Source: Promethearchaeati archaeon
Lineage (GTDB): Archaea > Asgardarchaeota > Atabeyarchaeia > Atabeyarchaeales > Atabeyarchaeaceae
Assembly (NCBI GenBank): GCA_019058495.1
Contig: JAHPYV010000002.1
Span: 3,143 to 67,142, forward strand
Direction: 5' to 3'
Length of the DNA stretch: 64,000 nt
Below, piece after piece: positions 37,225 to 47,263 of the stretch. The notes beneath the pieces were generated by a model. It saw nothing but the letters and a program-made list of their open reading frames with translations. It was not told where the DNA came from and made no database searches. A program made the position numbers and the translations under genes. Position 1 is the first letter of the stretch; each line of letters begins with the position of its first letter.

Positions 37225-37887
37225 ATGATAATAACAGAACAAAAGAAACTAGACGAAATAATAGAGAAGCTTTCTCCTTTCAAGAAAGTCCTTGTGGTTG
37301 GGTGCGGACACTGTGCAACCGTCTGCCAGACTGGTGGAGAAGAGCAAGTGAAAGAAATGGTTGCAAAACTCAAGGAAGCAAAAGGCTCGAGCGGCATCGT
37401 TGTTGAGAGTGCTATGATAGAAGAGCCGTGCGATGTGAGAATCTTCAAACGGGACAGCAAGAAATTTAAGAAAGAGTTCGAAGGCGCGGATGTTATTGTG
37501 CCAATGTCCTGTGGAGTCGGCGTTCAGACAATTGCTCAAGTGACAGGCAAAGTTGTCGTTCCAGCGTTGAATACATTGTTTTTAGGACAAGTTGAGAGGA
37601 TCGGTAAATTTGAGGAAATGTGTCGTGCGTGTGGGAATTGCATCTTAGATCAGACTGGTGGCATCTGTCCAATAACGAGATGCGCAAAGGGATTGCTCAA
37701 CGGTCCTTGCGGTGGTATGAGCAAAGGAAAATGTGAAGTTAACAATTACACTAAAGACTGTGGTTGGGTGTTAATCTACAACAAACTCAAGGAACAAGGA
37801 AGGCTAGACCAATTTAGACAGTATAGACAGCCAAGAGATTACGCGCTGTCAGGTTATCCGAGAAGCGTCGATACTAGAGCTGCTTGA
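37225..37887 (+). CDS. metV: MetV-type Cys-rich protein (methylene-THF reductase C-terminal-domain family)
   Basis: VVGCGHCATVCQTGGEE...MSCGVGVQ...CRACGNC...GGICPITRCAKGLLNGPCGG. Precedes metF. Confidence 0.8.
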   Translation: MIITEQKKLDEIIEKLSPFKKVLVVGCGHCATVCQTGGEEQVKEMVAKLKEAKGSSGIVVESAMIEEPCDVRIFKRDSKKFKKEFEGADVIVPMSCGVGVQTIAQVTGKVVVPALNTLFLGQVERIGKFEEMCRACGNCILDQTGGICPITRCAKGLLNGPCGGMSKGKCEVNNYTKDCGWVLIYNKLKEQGRLDQFRQYRQPRDYALSGYPRSVDTRAA

Positions 37888-37935
37888 ATGGTGGCAATGA
37901 AAAGCAATAATAGTTGTATATTGGAGGTGTAATTA

Positions 37936-38862
37936 ATGGTGCAGGCATATAGCAATCTCATGAAGGAGATCGCCAAAGGCAAGTTCGTTTACACTGGCGA
38001 ACTAGAGCCGGAAAAAACAACGGATATGACTGAAGTAATAAACGACGCGAAAGAACTCGCTGGTTATGCTGTCGCGTGCAATGTTACTGATAATCCAAAG
38101 TCATGTGGGTACTTCAGCAGTCTTGCAGCTTCATACATAGTTCAACGTGACGCCAACATGGAGGCTGTATACCAACTCACTTGCCGCGACAGGAATAGAC
38201 TGGCCTTGATATCCGATTTACTCGGTGCAGGAGCACTTGGCATAAAAAACGTCTTAGCCCTTACTGGAGACCACACGATGGTCGGAGACAATCCAGCTTC
38301 CAAACCAGTATTTGATCTTGATTCAGCACAATTGACATCACTCATAAAAATGATGGATCAAAAAGAAGTGGATCTAGCTGGCAACAAAATCGAACATCCT
38401 CCTAAGCTAAATGTCGGGGTGGCAGCGAATCCAAACGCTGACCCACTGGAACCAGAACTTCTCAAACTTGAGAGAAAAGCAAAGGTCGGCGCAGACTTTG
38501 TCCAAACCCAAGTTGTATTCGACATTGAGAAAGCAAAGCAGTTCCTGAAAGATGCATCATCCTACAATGTTCCATTGCTAATAGGAATCTTTCCGTTGAA
38601 GAGCTACGGAATAGCAGACTTCTTTAACAAGAACGTTCCAGGATGCTCAGTGCCAACTGAGATCCTAGACAAACTGAAGCAGCTAAAGGAAAACATACAG
38701 GACAAGGAAGAGCGAAAGAGGAAGACAGACGAGCTGAACGTAAATTACTTCACCGACTTCATCAGGGAATTGAAGAAGACGAAAGGATGCAGAGGAGTCC
38801 ACGTGATGGCGGTCGGTTATGCCAGTGTAACAAAACAACTTATAGACCGAGTAGGTCACTAG
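37936..38862 (+). CDS. metF: methylenetetrahydrofolate reductase (small MetF type)
   Basis: YTGELEPEK...NVTDNP...LTCRDRNRLALISDLLGAGALGIKNVLALTGDH...FVQTQVVFD. Confidence 0.85.
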   Translation: MVQAYSNLMKEIAKGKFVYTGELEPEKTTDMTEVINDAKELAGYAVACNVTDNPKSCGYFSSLAASYIVQRDANMEAVYQLTCRDRNRLALISDLLGAGALGIKNVLALTGDHTMVGDNPASKPVFDLDSAQLTSLIKMMDQKEVDLAGNKIEHPPKLNVGVAANPNADPLEPELLKLERKAKVGADFVQTQVVFDIEKAKQFLKDASSYNVPLLIGIFPLKSYGIADFFNKNVPGCSVPTEILDKLKQLKENIQDKEERKRKTDELNVNYFTDFIRELKKTKGCRGVHVMAVGYASVTKQLIDRVGH

Positions 38863-38911
38863 TCACTTTATTATGACGATTTTTGGAGAAGTGAAGAGCT
38901 GGGGGCAATAG

Positions 38912-39451
38912 ATGAAAATCTGCATCCCCCTCAACTCAAAAACTGAGACCCTGAGAAAATGGGTTGCCAAGGTCTCATACAAGAATGTACTAGCATTCTA
39001 CGCGATTGGTTCCACGATCGATGAAATTCTAGCCAACATTAAGGAAAAAGCCGATGCACATTTCACGAACCTTGCAAATTTGAAATGGCTTCAAGTGGAA
39101 CTTAAGCGCATCAGCATTGCTGAGGTTGACATAAACGAGGCCTTCATCGTTGATTTTCTTGTGAAATCATCGCAAGAGTGCAAGATTGGAAACAGGATTC
39201 CAGCCGAGATACTCCTGCCTCTTCAAATGACTCTCTGTCCCGTAGTTGATATGTACGATGAAGATCCATGGCTTTCGGAATGCAGAGGGATGGTAGCGAA
39301 GGAGGAGGCATGCTACCTCGCCAACAATGGCATAAGAGGACCGTACTCCATAGCAAAGCTTAAAGAAGACGACAAGGGAGGACTCGTTTGGGATGTCTCA
39401 TCCAGAACCGGCGAAAAAGAGCATCTGATAATAAAGAGCACTATCGACTAG
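38912..39451 (+). CDS. hypothetical protein
   Basis: 179-aa ORF in an operon-like position between metF and the MetF-like gene. No recognisable motif. Confidence 0.45.
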   Translation: MKICIPLNSKTETLRKWVAKVSYKNVLAFYAIGSTIDEILANIKEKADAHFTNLANLKWLQVELKRISIAEVDINEAFIVDFLVKSSQECKIGNRIPAEILLPLQMTLCPVVDMYDEDPWLSECRGMVAKEEACYLANNGIRGPYSIAKLKEDDKGGLVWDVSSRTGEKEHLIIKSTID

Positions 39452-39485
39452 CGACGTAATGCTATTTTCAGGTATGTAATGAAAG

Positions 39486-40343
39486 GTGATTTTGACGAAA
39501 CTGATCCGGCATCTAAGCAACGAGGAATTCGTAGCACTGGCGGAACTAACGTTCAATGAAGGGATTGGCAAGTCATCTTTCATGGGAGAGGCTAGGAAAC
39601 TGTCTAGATTCTGTGATGCGATCGTGGTCTCGGATTACTCATTTGGGCTCCCAACTATGAATCCCATTGTCCCTGCTCTATGGCTGAACAGCGAGGAAAT
39701 CGAATCGGTTATGGGATTCTACATAGAACACAGAAACCCGAAGGCGATATTCTCGGATGTGCTTGCAGGCGTAGAAAGCAGCTTGACCAATGTGATAATC
39801 TCTTCCTATGAGAACTCAAGCGACTTCGGGACCTGTTTGGAATTAGTTGACGGGATAAAACTCACCCTTGAAAAACAATCAAAAGCAAGGATAAGTGAAC
39901 CACATAGACTAGCTAATATCGGGCTCAGTTCAAGCTACATGATCGAGAGGCCTGAGGACAGTGTAGCCCTGGCAAGAAGATACGGAGCCGACTTCGTCTG
40001 TCCCCCGGAGACGTACGATATTTCAGGCATAATTGAGCCCTTAGTGAAAAGAGCAAAATCGATTAGCATGCATACAATACTAAGGACAACTCTGTATGCA
40101 TCCCCCAAAACCGTCAAGTTCGCTCGAAAATTCATACCTGAAATGTTCATACCTCCAGAATTTGTGGAAGCCGTGGAGAGTTCCTCCAATCCCCTGGAAG
40201 TCGGGTTGAAATTTGCCAAGGATTTTGTGGAAACCATAAGGAACCTCGAAGCGTCAGGTGTCTACTTGGTCATGCCACAGAGAACCGAGGTTTACAAGTA
40301 CTTGCCTGACATAACAGGAAAAAACACTTCCGGGGTCGACTGA
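39486..40343 (+). CDS. highly diverged MetF-like protein (catalytic motifs degenerate)
   Basis: 285 aa, collinear with MetF (ALAELTFNEG...CDAIVVSDYSFG...YIEHRNPKAIFSDVLAG...NVIISS). The CRDRNR and LTGDH motifs are not conserved. Confidence 0.5.
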   Translation: MILTKLIRHLSNEEFVALAELTFNEGIGKSSFMGEARKLSRFCDAIVVSDYSFGLPTMNPIVPALWLNSEEIESVMGFYIEHRNPKAIFSDVLAGVESSLTNVIISSYENSSDFGTCLELVDGIKLTLEKQSKARISEPHRLANIGLSSSYMIERPEDSVALARRYGADFVCPPETYDISGIIEPLVKRAKSISMHTILRTTLYASPKTVKFARKFIPEMFIPPEFVEAVESSSNPLEVGLKFAKDFVETIRNLEASGVYLVMPQRTEVYKYLPDITGKNTSGVD

Positions 40344-40451
40344 CTTCGGCATTTTAAGCATTAGTAACCCTGATCGAGTGACACACCAGGAACCTCTCCC
40401 TCGGGATCAATGCTTGACGACCTGGTGCCGTATCAACTCATTTGCATTTTC

Positions 40452-40967
40452 CTAAGTTTCGTCTTCGTGCCCCACATTTTTCGTTAATGGTAATGGAACT
40501 ATAGGCGTTCCTTCGACTTTCAGAGCACGAAGGGCAATGCAGCTGTTGATCGACAGAATTCCTTTGACAAGCCTCAGGCTTTCAATGAATCTTGTTAGCT
40601 CGGTCAGGCTTCCTGTTTCAACTTTCAGCCATATACCACATTTTCCACTCATCCAGTAAGCTTCAGTCACAAGTGGAGATCCAACAAGCATTTCTATGAC
40701 TTCACTTTCATGTCTTGAAGCGGTGCTGACTGTTATGTAAGCTATTATTGACTTGCCTGTTTTTTCGGGATTCAAGGCTATTGTGAATCGGTCAATAACC
40801 TTATCTCTAATCAATCTTTCAACGCGCTTTCGTACAGCAGATTCGGAGAGACCAACGGAGTTCGCTATATCCGCATAGGGTGCCCGACCGTCCTTGAGCA
40901 GGCGCTCTATGATCTTCTTGTCTTTCTTGTCCGCTACTTCTTGATAACTCATTTTCTCCTCCTCCAA
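40452..40967 (-). CDS. Lrp/AsnC-family transcriptional regulator
   Basis: HTH YADIANSVGLSESAVRKRVERL plus a C-terminal RAM/AsnC domain. Confidence 0.85.
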   Translation of the reverse strand: MEEEKMSYQEVADKKDKKIIERLLKDGRAPYADIANSVGLSESAVRKRVERLIRDKVIDRFTIALNPEKTGKSIIAYITVSTASRHESEVIEMLVGSPLVTEAYWMSGKCGIWLKVETGSLTELTRFIESLRLVKGILSINSCIALRALKVEGTPIVPLPLTKNVGHEDET

Positions 40968-41238
40968 CGACTATTTTTCACTCTTTCGTTCACTTATATT
41001 AACCTTTTCACTATTCTGCTGCAAATTCATTGACTGATTATGTACAATGAGGGGCTTGAGACGCCCGTTTTAGTCCAACGAGAGTTGGTTTTCGCCTTCG
41101 TGTGAAGCCTTTTCTCCAGAATGACGCCTAAAATAGTCTCAACTAGGGGGAATTGGACCGTGGTTTCCATAGTATTGCATTGACTTCGGTTACGAATACA
41201 TCACTTTTTGTCCGCTTTCACAGCTTTTTCCATACCTT

Positions 41239-41652
41239 TTGGTTACACTAACTACTTATTCGTGCGTGCTCTATATACCTCATCAATACAGAACAACCGA
41301 AATGTTTGGAGGAGATATGGAGTTGCCGCAAAAACATCTGAAAGAAATTGCCTTGGTCGCTCTAGCAAAGGAGTTGCCGAGTGTAGCTACGTCTATCAGC
41401 CAGGAAAAGAGGGAATCAATCAGCGAGGAGTCGATTGATCTCATACTTCAGTCCCAGAGAAATCCACTGCCTCAAGGTCTAGCTTGGTCGATAATACGCT
41501 TAATGAGCTACGAGAAAGAGACCACTGATGCTGGAATGGAGAAACTGCTTGAGGCCGCCATGATGGTGGAACCTGAAGGGACAATCCAGCTACTTGAGAA
41601 ACATGGCGAGAGGGCAGCCGCGAATGCATTAAGGAGAATAATCTCCACGTAA
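41239..41652 (+). CDS. hypothetical helical protein
   Basis: ORF directly upstream of mer. Likely start is ATG 41302 (MFGGDMELPQ). No family recognised. Confidence 0.4.
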   Translation: MVTLTTYSCVLYIPHQYRTTEMFGGDMELPQKHLKEIALVALAKELPSVATSISQEKRESISEESIDLILQSQRNPLPQGLAWSIIRLMSYEKETTDAGMEKLLEAAMMVEPEGTIQLLEKHGERAAANALRRIIST

Positions 41653-41659
41653 TAGTCTT

Positions 41660-42685
41660 GTGATTTATAAGAAAACAGCGGAAGGGATGATTGCGATGAA
41701 ATTTGGTGTGGAGTTTGTTCCGAACAATCCGATAGAAGAAGTAATGAAGTGGGCGTCGGTCGCTGAGCAGAAGAAGTTCGACTACATCTGGGTCACAGAT
41801 CACTTCAACAACCGCAACACTTACGTCACATTGACATCGATAGCCATGAAGACGTCATCGGTAAGGATTGGCCCAGGCGTAACTAATCCTTATCTCATAA
41901 ATCCAGCTTGGACCGCTTCCGCTGTGGCCAGTATCAATGAGGTGTCAAAAGGTCGCGCCGTCTTGGGAATTGGAGCAGGGGATCGGACTACATTATCGTA
42001 TCTTGGTTTGGAACAGAAGAGCCCTGTATTAGCCTTGGCAGAGTGTGTAGACATCATTAGAGGGCTGTTGAAGGGTGAAGATGTCAAGGTCCCGGGACAG
42101 ATATTCAATGTGACAGGTGCAAGACTAAACTATCAGTCAGGGTTCGTACCTATCTACCTTGGCGCTCAAGGACCAAAGATGCTGCGTTTAGCCGCGAAGA
42201 TTAGCGATGGCGTCTTGATAAATTCGTCTCACCCTGCAGACATATCACTGGCCGTGAAGGAAGTGCGGAATGGTCTTGAGGACGCTGGCAAGTCTTCCTC
42301 GCAGTTTGACGTGGCTGCTTATACGAGTTTCTCAGTAAGCGCAGATCCGGTCGAAGCTGTAAAGCTAGCGAGGCCGGTCGTGGCATTCATTGCCGCAGCC
42401 ACCCCCGATGTCGTGCTCGAGAGACACGGAATTCCTCCTGAGCGTGTACAAGTAATAAAGGAAGCGCTTGCAAGAGGCCAGTTCAAAGATGCGTTTAAAG
42501 CAGTCAACGATGAGCTTCTCGAAGCTTTCTCGATAACGGGAACACCGTCTCAGTGCACCGAGAAAATAGCTGCAATACTGAAGGAAGGGGTGTCGCAATT
42601 CGTAATTGGCTCACCGATAGGAGCAGACAAAGTGAAGACACTTGAGTCCATTGGCTCAGAGATAATGCCACAATTCGTTCAGTGA
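41660..42685 (+). CDS. mer: F420-dependent 5,10-methylenetetrahydromethanopterin reductase
   Basis: MKFGVEFVPN (ATG 41696), GPGVTNPY, YLGAQGPKMLRLAAKISDGVLIN, FDVAAYTSFSV, VVAFIAAATPDVVLERHGI and EAFSITGTP...VSQFVIGSPIG follow methanogen Mer closely. Confidence 0.85.
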   Translation: MIYKKTAEGMIAMKFGVEFVPNNPIEEVMKWASVAEQKKFDYIWVTDHFNNRNTYVTLTSIAMKTSSVRIGPGVTNPYLINPAWTASAVASINEVSKGRAVLGIGAGDRTTLSYLGLEQKSPVLALAECVDIIRGLLKGEDVKVPGQIFNVTGARLNYQSGFVPIYLGAQGPKMLRLAAKISDGVLINSSHPADISLAVKEVRNGLEDAGKSSSQFDVAAYTSFSVSADPVEAVKLARPVVAFIAAATPDVVLERHGIPPERVQVIKEALARGQFKDAFKAVNDELLEAFSITGTPSQCTEKIAAILKEGVSQFVIGSPIGADKVKTLESIGSEIMPQFVQ

Positions 42686-42790
42686 AGACAGCTACAAATT
42701 TCTATCGGCATCTTTCTTTTCTAATCTCTTCTTTTTGTGTATTAAGAAAGAGAGTAATGGCATGCTTCTTCGGCCCACGTTTTTGGGTTT

Positions 42791-43699
42791 CTAGAATGGC
42801 GCCTTTATTGTGTCAAGTCTAGTCGAAACTATGTTGCAGCCAGAGACTCCTTTAACCGTTCTTAACTCCTTGGCTAGCGTGCTCACCAAATTGACATTGG
42901 TCTCGGTGATTCCTTTGCTCTTTACTTCTGTTTTCGATGAGCTTTGCTCTATGTCCTTGATTTTGTTAATGAAGTCTTCGGGTGGTTTTGAGCCTGGGTA
43001 AAGCTTGTTGATCCAATTAGCCGTCTCAACTGAGTCGATAGGATAGAGCGTTATGATCAGAGGCATCCCTACTTTGCTAGTCTGATTGGCAATTATCTTG
43101 GCGTTTTCGCTGTCGTAGACTGGCAATGTCAGGAGATATGAGGCACCAGCACTCTTCTCCTTCCGGATCGTCACTTCTTGCATTTCGGGTCGTGAGTGAT
43201 CGAATCCGAGGACTGCGCCAATCTCGAAGCTTGTGGGTTTCGTAATTGCTTCTCCTGTGAAGGCTTTGCCATTATTCATTTCCTTGATCATTGTTATCAA
43301 TTGAACAGCATCGAGGTCGAACACAGGTTTCGCCTTGACGTATGTGCCTGTAGTCGTATGAGTCCCAATGGAGACGATGATGTTAGTCAATCCGAGCTGA
43401 CTGGCAGTCAGGATGTCAGAGAAAAGACCTAGCCTATTCTTGTCTCTGCTATCCAAACCGTATATGGACTCGAGTTTGAACTTCTCCTTGATCAGGTAAC
43501 AAGGGATTAGAGTGTTAAGGTAGAGTGAAGCCCTAGGGTCTCGTCTTACAATTACAGCATCAACCAAGTTCTGCAGATTCTTCGCTTTATCCTCCAATCT
43601 ATCAATAGATGTTTGGCTGTTGACTTCAAGCTCAGCCATCGTGACGAACTTTCCTTCTTTCAGTTTTCCGACCACACCACTACTCAAAACCTTAGACAT
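42791..43699 (-). CDS. MetF-family methylene-tetrahydrofolate reductase paralog (diverged)
   Basis: 302 aa collinear with MetF (SRDKNRLGLFSDILTASQLGLTNIIVSIGTH, KPVFDLDAVQLITMIKEM). Preceded by a second metV. Confidence 0.7.
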   Translation of the reverse strand: MSKVLSSGVVGKLKEGKFVTMAELEVNSQTSIDRLEDKAKNLQNLVDAVIVRRDPRASLYLNTLIPCYLIKEKFKLESIYGLDSRDKNRLGLFSDILTASQLGLTNIIVSIGTHTTTGTYVKAKPVFDLDAVQLITMIKEMNNGKAFTGEAITKPTSFEIGAVLGFDHSRPEMQEVTIRKEKSAGASYLLTLPVYDSENAKIIANQTSKVGMPLIITLYPIDSVETANWINKLYPGSKPPEDFINKIKDIEQSSSKTEVKSKGITETNVNLVSTLAKELRTVKGVSGCNIVSTRLDTIKAPF

Positions 43700-43736
43700 G
43701 AGTTACAGAACCTCCAGCAATTCATCGCTATAGATT

Positions 43737-44390
43737 CTAATCTGTCCAGACAACTTCTCCAAGAGTGGCCTTAATCGAGCCATCCCTCTCAGGTTGATAT
43801 TTCATCAGATTGTCGAGCTTTCCGAATTGCTTCACTCTGTCGATTATCTGAACCCAGACACAGTCGTTCTTGAAGCCTCCGACTTCACATTTTCCATCGG
43901 CCACTGTTTCACATGGTCCATTGAGAAGTCCCTTTGGGCATCTGGATATTGCGCATATTCCTCCAGTGTCGAATAGGTTGCATGACCCGCACATCCTGCA
44001 TCTTTCGTAGAATCTACCGAGTCTTTCAACCATGCCCAGAAACTTGGTGTCGAGTGATGGAATGACCGGCTTCTCGGTTAGATCCGCAATAGACTGTACG
44101 CCCACTCCACAGGTCATTGCTAGGATGGCGTCTGCCTCCTCGATCTGCTTTTTCACTGTTCTAAGGTCCCTCTTTGATATCCTCATGTCGCAAGGTGTTT
44201 CGACTGCAATTGTTGCCAAAATCTGTTTTTTCTCCTTGAGTTTCTCTACCATCTCTTTGATCTGCTCTTCTCCGCCTGTCTGGCACAGCGCTGCGCACGT
44301 GTTGCAGCCCACAATCACGATTTTATCGGAACCTTCAAGCATCTTCTCAATATCTTCCAGCGGTTTTTGCTCCGTAATTATCAAACTCAA
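43737..44390 (-). CDS. MetV-type Cys-rich protein (second copy)
   Basis: Roughly 50% of residues match the 37225..37887 product in my by-eye alignment (IVGCNTCAALCQTGGEEQIKEMV...CGVGVQS...GGICAISRCPKGLLNGPC). Confidence 0.8.
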   Translation of the reverse strand: MSLIITEQKPLEDIEKMLEGSDKIVIVGCNTCAALCQTGGEEQIKEMVEKLKEKKQILATIAVETPCDMRISKRDLRTVKKQIEEADAILAMTCGVGVQSIADLTEKPVIPSLDTKFLGMVERLGRFYERCRMCGSCNLFDTGGICAISRCPKGLLNGPCETVADGKCEVGGFKNDCVWVQIIDRVKQFGKLDNLMKYQPERDGSIKATLGEVVWTD

Positions 44391-44434
44391 TACACCTCTA
44401 AGACTGTCTTGGAATACTAGCTGTCGTTCTTATC

Positions 44435-45067
44435 CTAGACTTTTTTTGTGACTTCAATCATACCTATCTCAAGCGCCTTCAAAGTATCCGTGGCGCTTCT
44501 CTGCATTTCGTCCTCAAGAACCTCTTTTACTTCATTGATTTCTACAGGCATCTTACCTGTACCGAGTGCGGCCCCAAGCATTATCACATTTGACATTGAG
44601 AAGTCGCCGAACTCGCTCTTTGATATCTCATTGGCCTTTATTGTCTTCACGTCTGGAGAAAATGTTTTCATTATTTGGACAACTTCGTCAAATGTGGCTC
44701 CTTTCCAGTTCTCAGATACGGCTTGAGCTGGAAGTATCTCATACAGATTTACCAGTACACATGTCTTTGGGGATACAAACCTGGCTCCTCGAAGAGCCTC
44801 ATTGGTTTCCATGGCCATTAAGATATCTGCGCCTGCCAGGGGAACCAGTGGAGAGATTACACTCATTCTCTCGTTTAGTTCCTCCCCAGGATCGAAGATG
44901 ACGTATCTTACAGAACTATCAACAGATCCTTCGCGTTGCGATGCTCCGCGTGTCTCTGTGCCGACAACGATCCATCCTTTCTTCTGGCCGACCTTCTTCA
45001 ACACGTTACCGATTGTCATTATTCCTTGCCCGCCAACTCCAACCACTAAGACACTATACTTTTTCAA
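44435..45067 (-). CDS. iorB: indolepyruvate:ferredoxin oxidoreductase beta subunit
   Basis: VVGVGGQGIMT N-terminus, 210 aa, directly downstream of iorA. Confidence 0.85.
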   Translation of the reverse strand: MKKYSVLVVGVGGQGIMTIGNVLKKVGQKKGWIVVGTETRGASQREGSVDSSVRYVIFDPGEELNERMSVISPLVPLAGADILMAMETNEALRGARFVSPKTCVLVNLYEILPAQAVSENWKGATFDEVVQIMKTFSPDVKTIKANEISKSEFGDFSMSNVIMLGAALGTGKMPVEINEVKEVLEDEMQRSATDTLKALEIGMIEVTKKV

Positions 45068-45085
45068 ATCATAGTACCCCCTTCC

Positions 45086-47047
45086 TCAGTCTGGACTCAC
45101 ATGCGGGTTAACAGTGGTTTTGGTTATGGCCATTCCGCTCCTACAGACCTCCTTACAAGCACCGCAAAGGGTGCATCTGGCATCTTCAATGTAAGCGAAC
45201 TCTTTACCATTTTCTGCCTTCCGCACGACTGCTGGGCAGGCGAAGCGTCTATAACATTCTTCGCAGTTTGTGCAACGATCGGAATCGATCGCGTAGTACG
45301 AGTATTTGCCTTTCTCGCGTTCAGCTTCTCTGATCGGTTCCATTCTTCTCTTTGCAGGTAACACGCATTCGCGTTCTGAGATAACTACCCGCACACCTTT
45401 CTCTTCCAATGCCTCAGTGATAACCTCCATAGCGTGGCGGATGTTATATGGATCAAATGATCTTACATATTTCACTCCACAAGCTTTCGCTATGTCTCTT
45501 AGGCTTACTGCTGGTGGAACTTCATCGCGTAGACTGCTAACGCCAGTAGCAGGTGTAGGTTGCCCTCCAGTCATGCCAACCCACTTGTTGTCCATGATAA
45601 CTACAAGAACATTAGCGCCATTGTATACTGCACTTATTAGCCCAGGTATCCCTGAATGCAAGAATGTGCTATCACCGATCAAACCAACCATTGTGTCCTT
45701 GACCTTGAAGCTCATCCCTGCTGCTATGTTGAAGCCAGCACCCATAGAGACGACCCAGTCCTGCATGGAGTAAGGGGGAAGTGCAAGCGTCGCGTAACAG
45801 CCGATATCTCCTCCGAATACGACTTGCCCTTTTCTCTCGGCTTCTATGAATTGCTGAGCTGCCTTCTTCAGTGCATATGCCGTAGCCCTATGTGGGCATC
45901 CTGGGCACATGCCTGGGTTTCTCTGCAGAGCCTTTGCTACGGCCTTGCTGTATTTTGCCTGTATGCCTGCATAATCTACTGGTTCCTTCATCCCAGTCGC
46001 TTTGCACATACCCCTTATGACAATGTCTGTATTCAATTCGCTAACCGCGGGGAAAACGTTTTTCCCATGCATTTCTCTGAGAATCTTCTTCTCGAATAGT
46101 ATCCTTTTTACTTCTGCCTCGATGAAGCCTTCAAGCTCCTCAACAACCAATATCTTCTCGAGGCCTTGAGCAAATCTCTCTATTAACTCGGGATTGATTG
46201 GATAGACCATGCCAAGCTTGAGAACAGGAAAATCGTCAATGCTGAGAGTGTCCGACGCTTCCATTGTATAGTTGAATGCGGCGCCACTTGTTATGATACC
46301 TGTCTTCGCCTTGCCGGGTATTATTCTATTGAGCTCAGACATCTCGCCTGAAGCCTTCTCAACTTTCTGAATTCGGCTCATCAATCTCGCTTTGTTTCCT
46401 ACGGCAACAAGGGTAGCAGAGACGAGTTTTCCAGGCGCTTTCTTGAACAGTCCTTCTGCCTTGGGAGGAGTGAGTTTGCCTAGGGTTACCTCACCTATTC
46501 CATGCAGAGTTCTAGGACCAGCATTTAGGATGACTGGAAGGTCAAACTTCTCAGAAAGTTCGAATGCTTTTAGCGTGAAGTCCTTGCTTTCCTGTGAATT
46601 TGAGGGTTCAAGACAGATCGTGTGGGCGTGTAGCGCATAGTACCTGTTGTCTTGTTCGTTGGTTGAACTTATGCAGCTTGGATCCCCTCCATTGACTAGG
46701 ACAAAAGCTCCAGGTTGAACTCCAATATAGCACAACGTGAAGAACGGATCGGCTGCGATATTCATGCCTACATGCTTCATCGCGCAGAGTGATCTCACTC
46801 CCGACCAAGCACCACCAATGGCATTCTCGAGCGCTACCGCCTCATTCACAGAATATTGAAAATGCAATCCCGGAATGCCTTTGGCGATCTCAGATATGGT
46901 GTCTCCAACTTCTGAGGCTGGGGTGCCGGGATAGGTTGTTACCATACCTACGCCCGCTTCTAATGCGCCACGAGCTATAGCCTCAGCGCCAAGCATGAAC
47001 ACTTTTTCACCAGGTTTATCCATAAGTATTTCTTTAGTAATTGGCAA
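45086..47047 (-). CDS. iorA: indolepyruvate:ferredoxin oxidoreductase alpha subunit
   Basis: 653 aa. TPP motif GDSTFLHSG...N and C-terminal 2x[4Fe-4S] CTNCEECYRRFACP / CTLCGACKEVC. Confidence 0.88.
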   Translation of the reverse strand: MPITKEILMDKPGEKVFMLGAEAIARGALEAGVGMVTTYPGTPASEVGDTISEIAKGIPGLHFQYSVNEAVALENAIGGAWSGVRSLCAMKHVGMNIAADPFFTLCYIGVQPGAFVLVNGGDPSCISSTNEQDNRYYALHAHTICLEPSNSQESKDFTLKAFELSEKFDLPVILNAGPRTLHGIGEVTLGKLTPPKAEGLFKKAPGKLVSATLVAVGNKARLMSRIQKVEKASGEMSELNRIIPGKAKTGIITSGAAFNYTMEASDTLSIDDFPVLKLGMVYPINPELIERFAQGLEKILVVEELEGFIEAEVKRILFEKKILREMHGKNVFPAVSELNTDIVIRGMCKATGMKEPVDYAGIQAKYSKAVAKALQRNPGMCPGCPHRATAYALKKAAQQFIEAERKGQVVFGGDIGCYATLALPPYSMQDWVVSMGAGFNIAAGMSFKVKDTMVGLIGDSTFLHSGIPGLISAVYNGANVLVVIMDNKWVGMTGGQPTPATGVSSLRDEVPPAVSLRDIAKACGVKYVRSFDPYNIRHAMEVITEALEEKGVRVVISERECVLPAKRRMEPIREAEREKGKYSYYAIDSDRCTNCEECYRRFACPAVVRKAENGKEFAYIEDARCTLCGACKEVCRSGMAITKTTVNPHVSPD

Positions 47048-47263
47048 TCGCCTCCAACCATGGCAACGATCAGAGTATGGCTACGGCTTTCCATATTGCC
47101 TAGTCTGATAAGGTGACTCAACTTCGCAGAATTACATGTCCTCCACGTTTTTAGATCAAGAAGAAGATTCTTATATTGTTATCTAGGTTCGTTTTGCGCA
47201 GAAAGGGAAGTATATGCAACACATTTATCTGACGATGAAAAACTTCTAGCTCTCTCTTGAACC

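Noticed and set aside
37885-37938. metV TGA stop in the same frame as metF. Considered for read-through.
   Set aside because: An in-frame TAA lies between the two genes.
45068-45088. iorA ends in TGA, and iorB follows in the same frame with no other stop. Considered as a possible Sec or read-through fusion.
   Set aside because: The 18-nt gap contains a good SD (GGAAGGGGG). IorA and IorB are normally separate subunits, and the UGA is not at a conserved Cys position. This is ordinary operon spacing.
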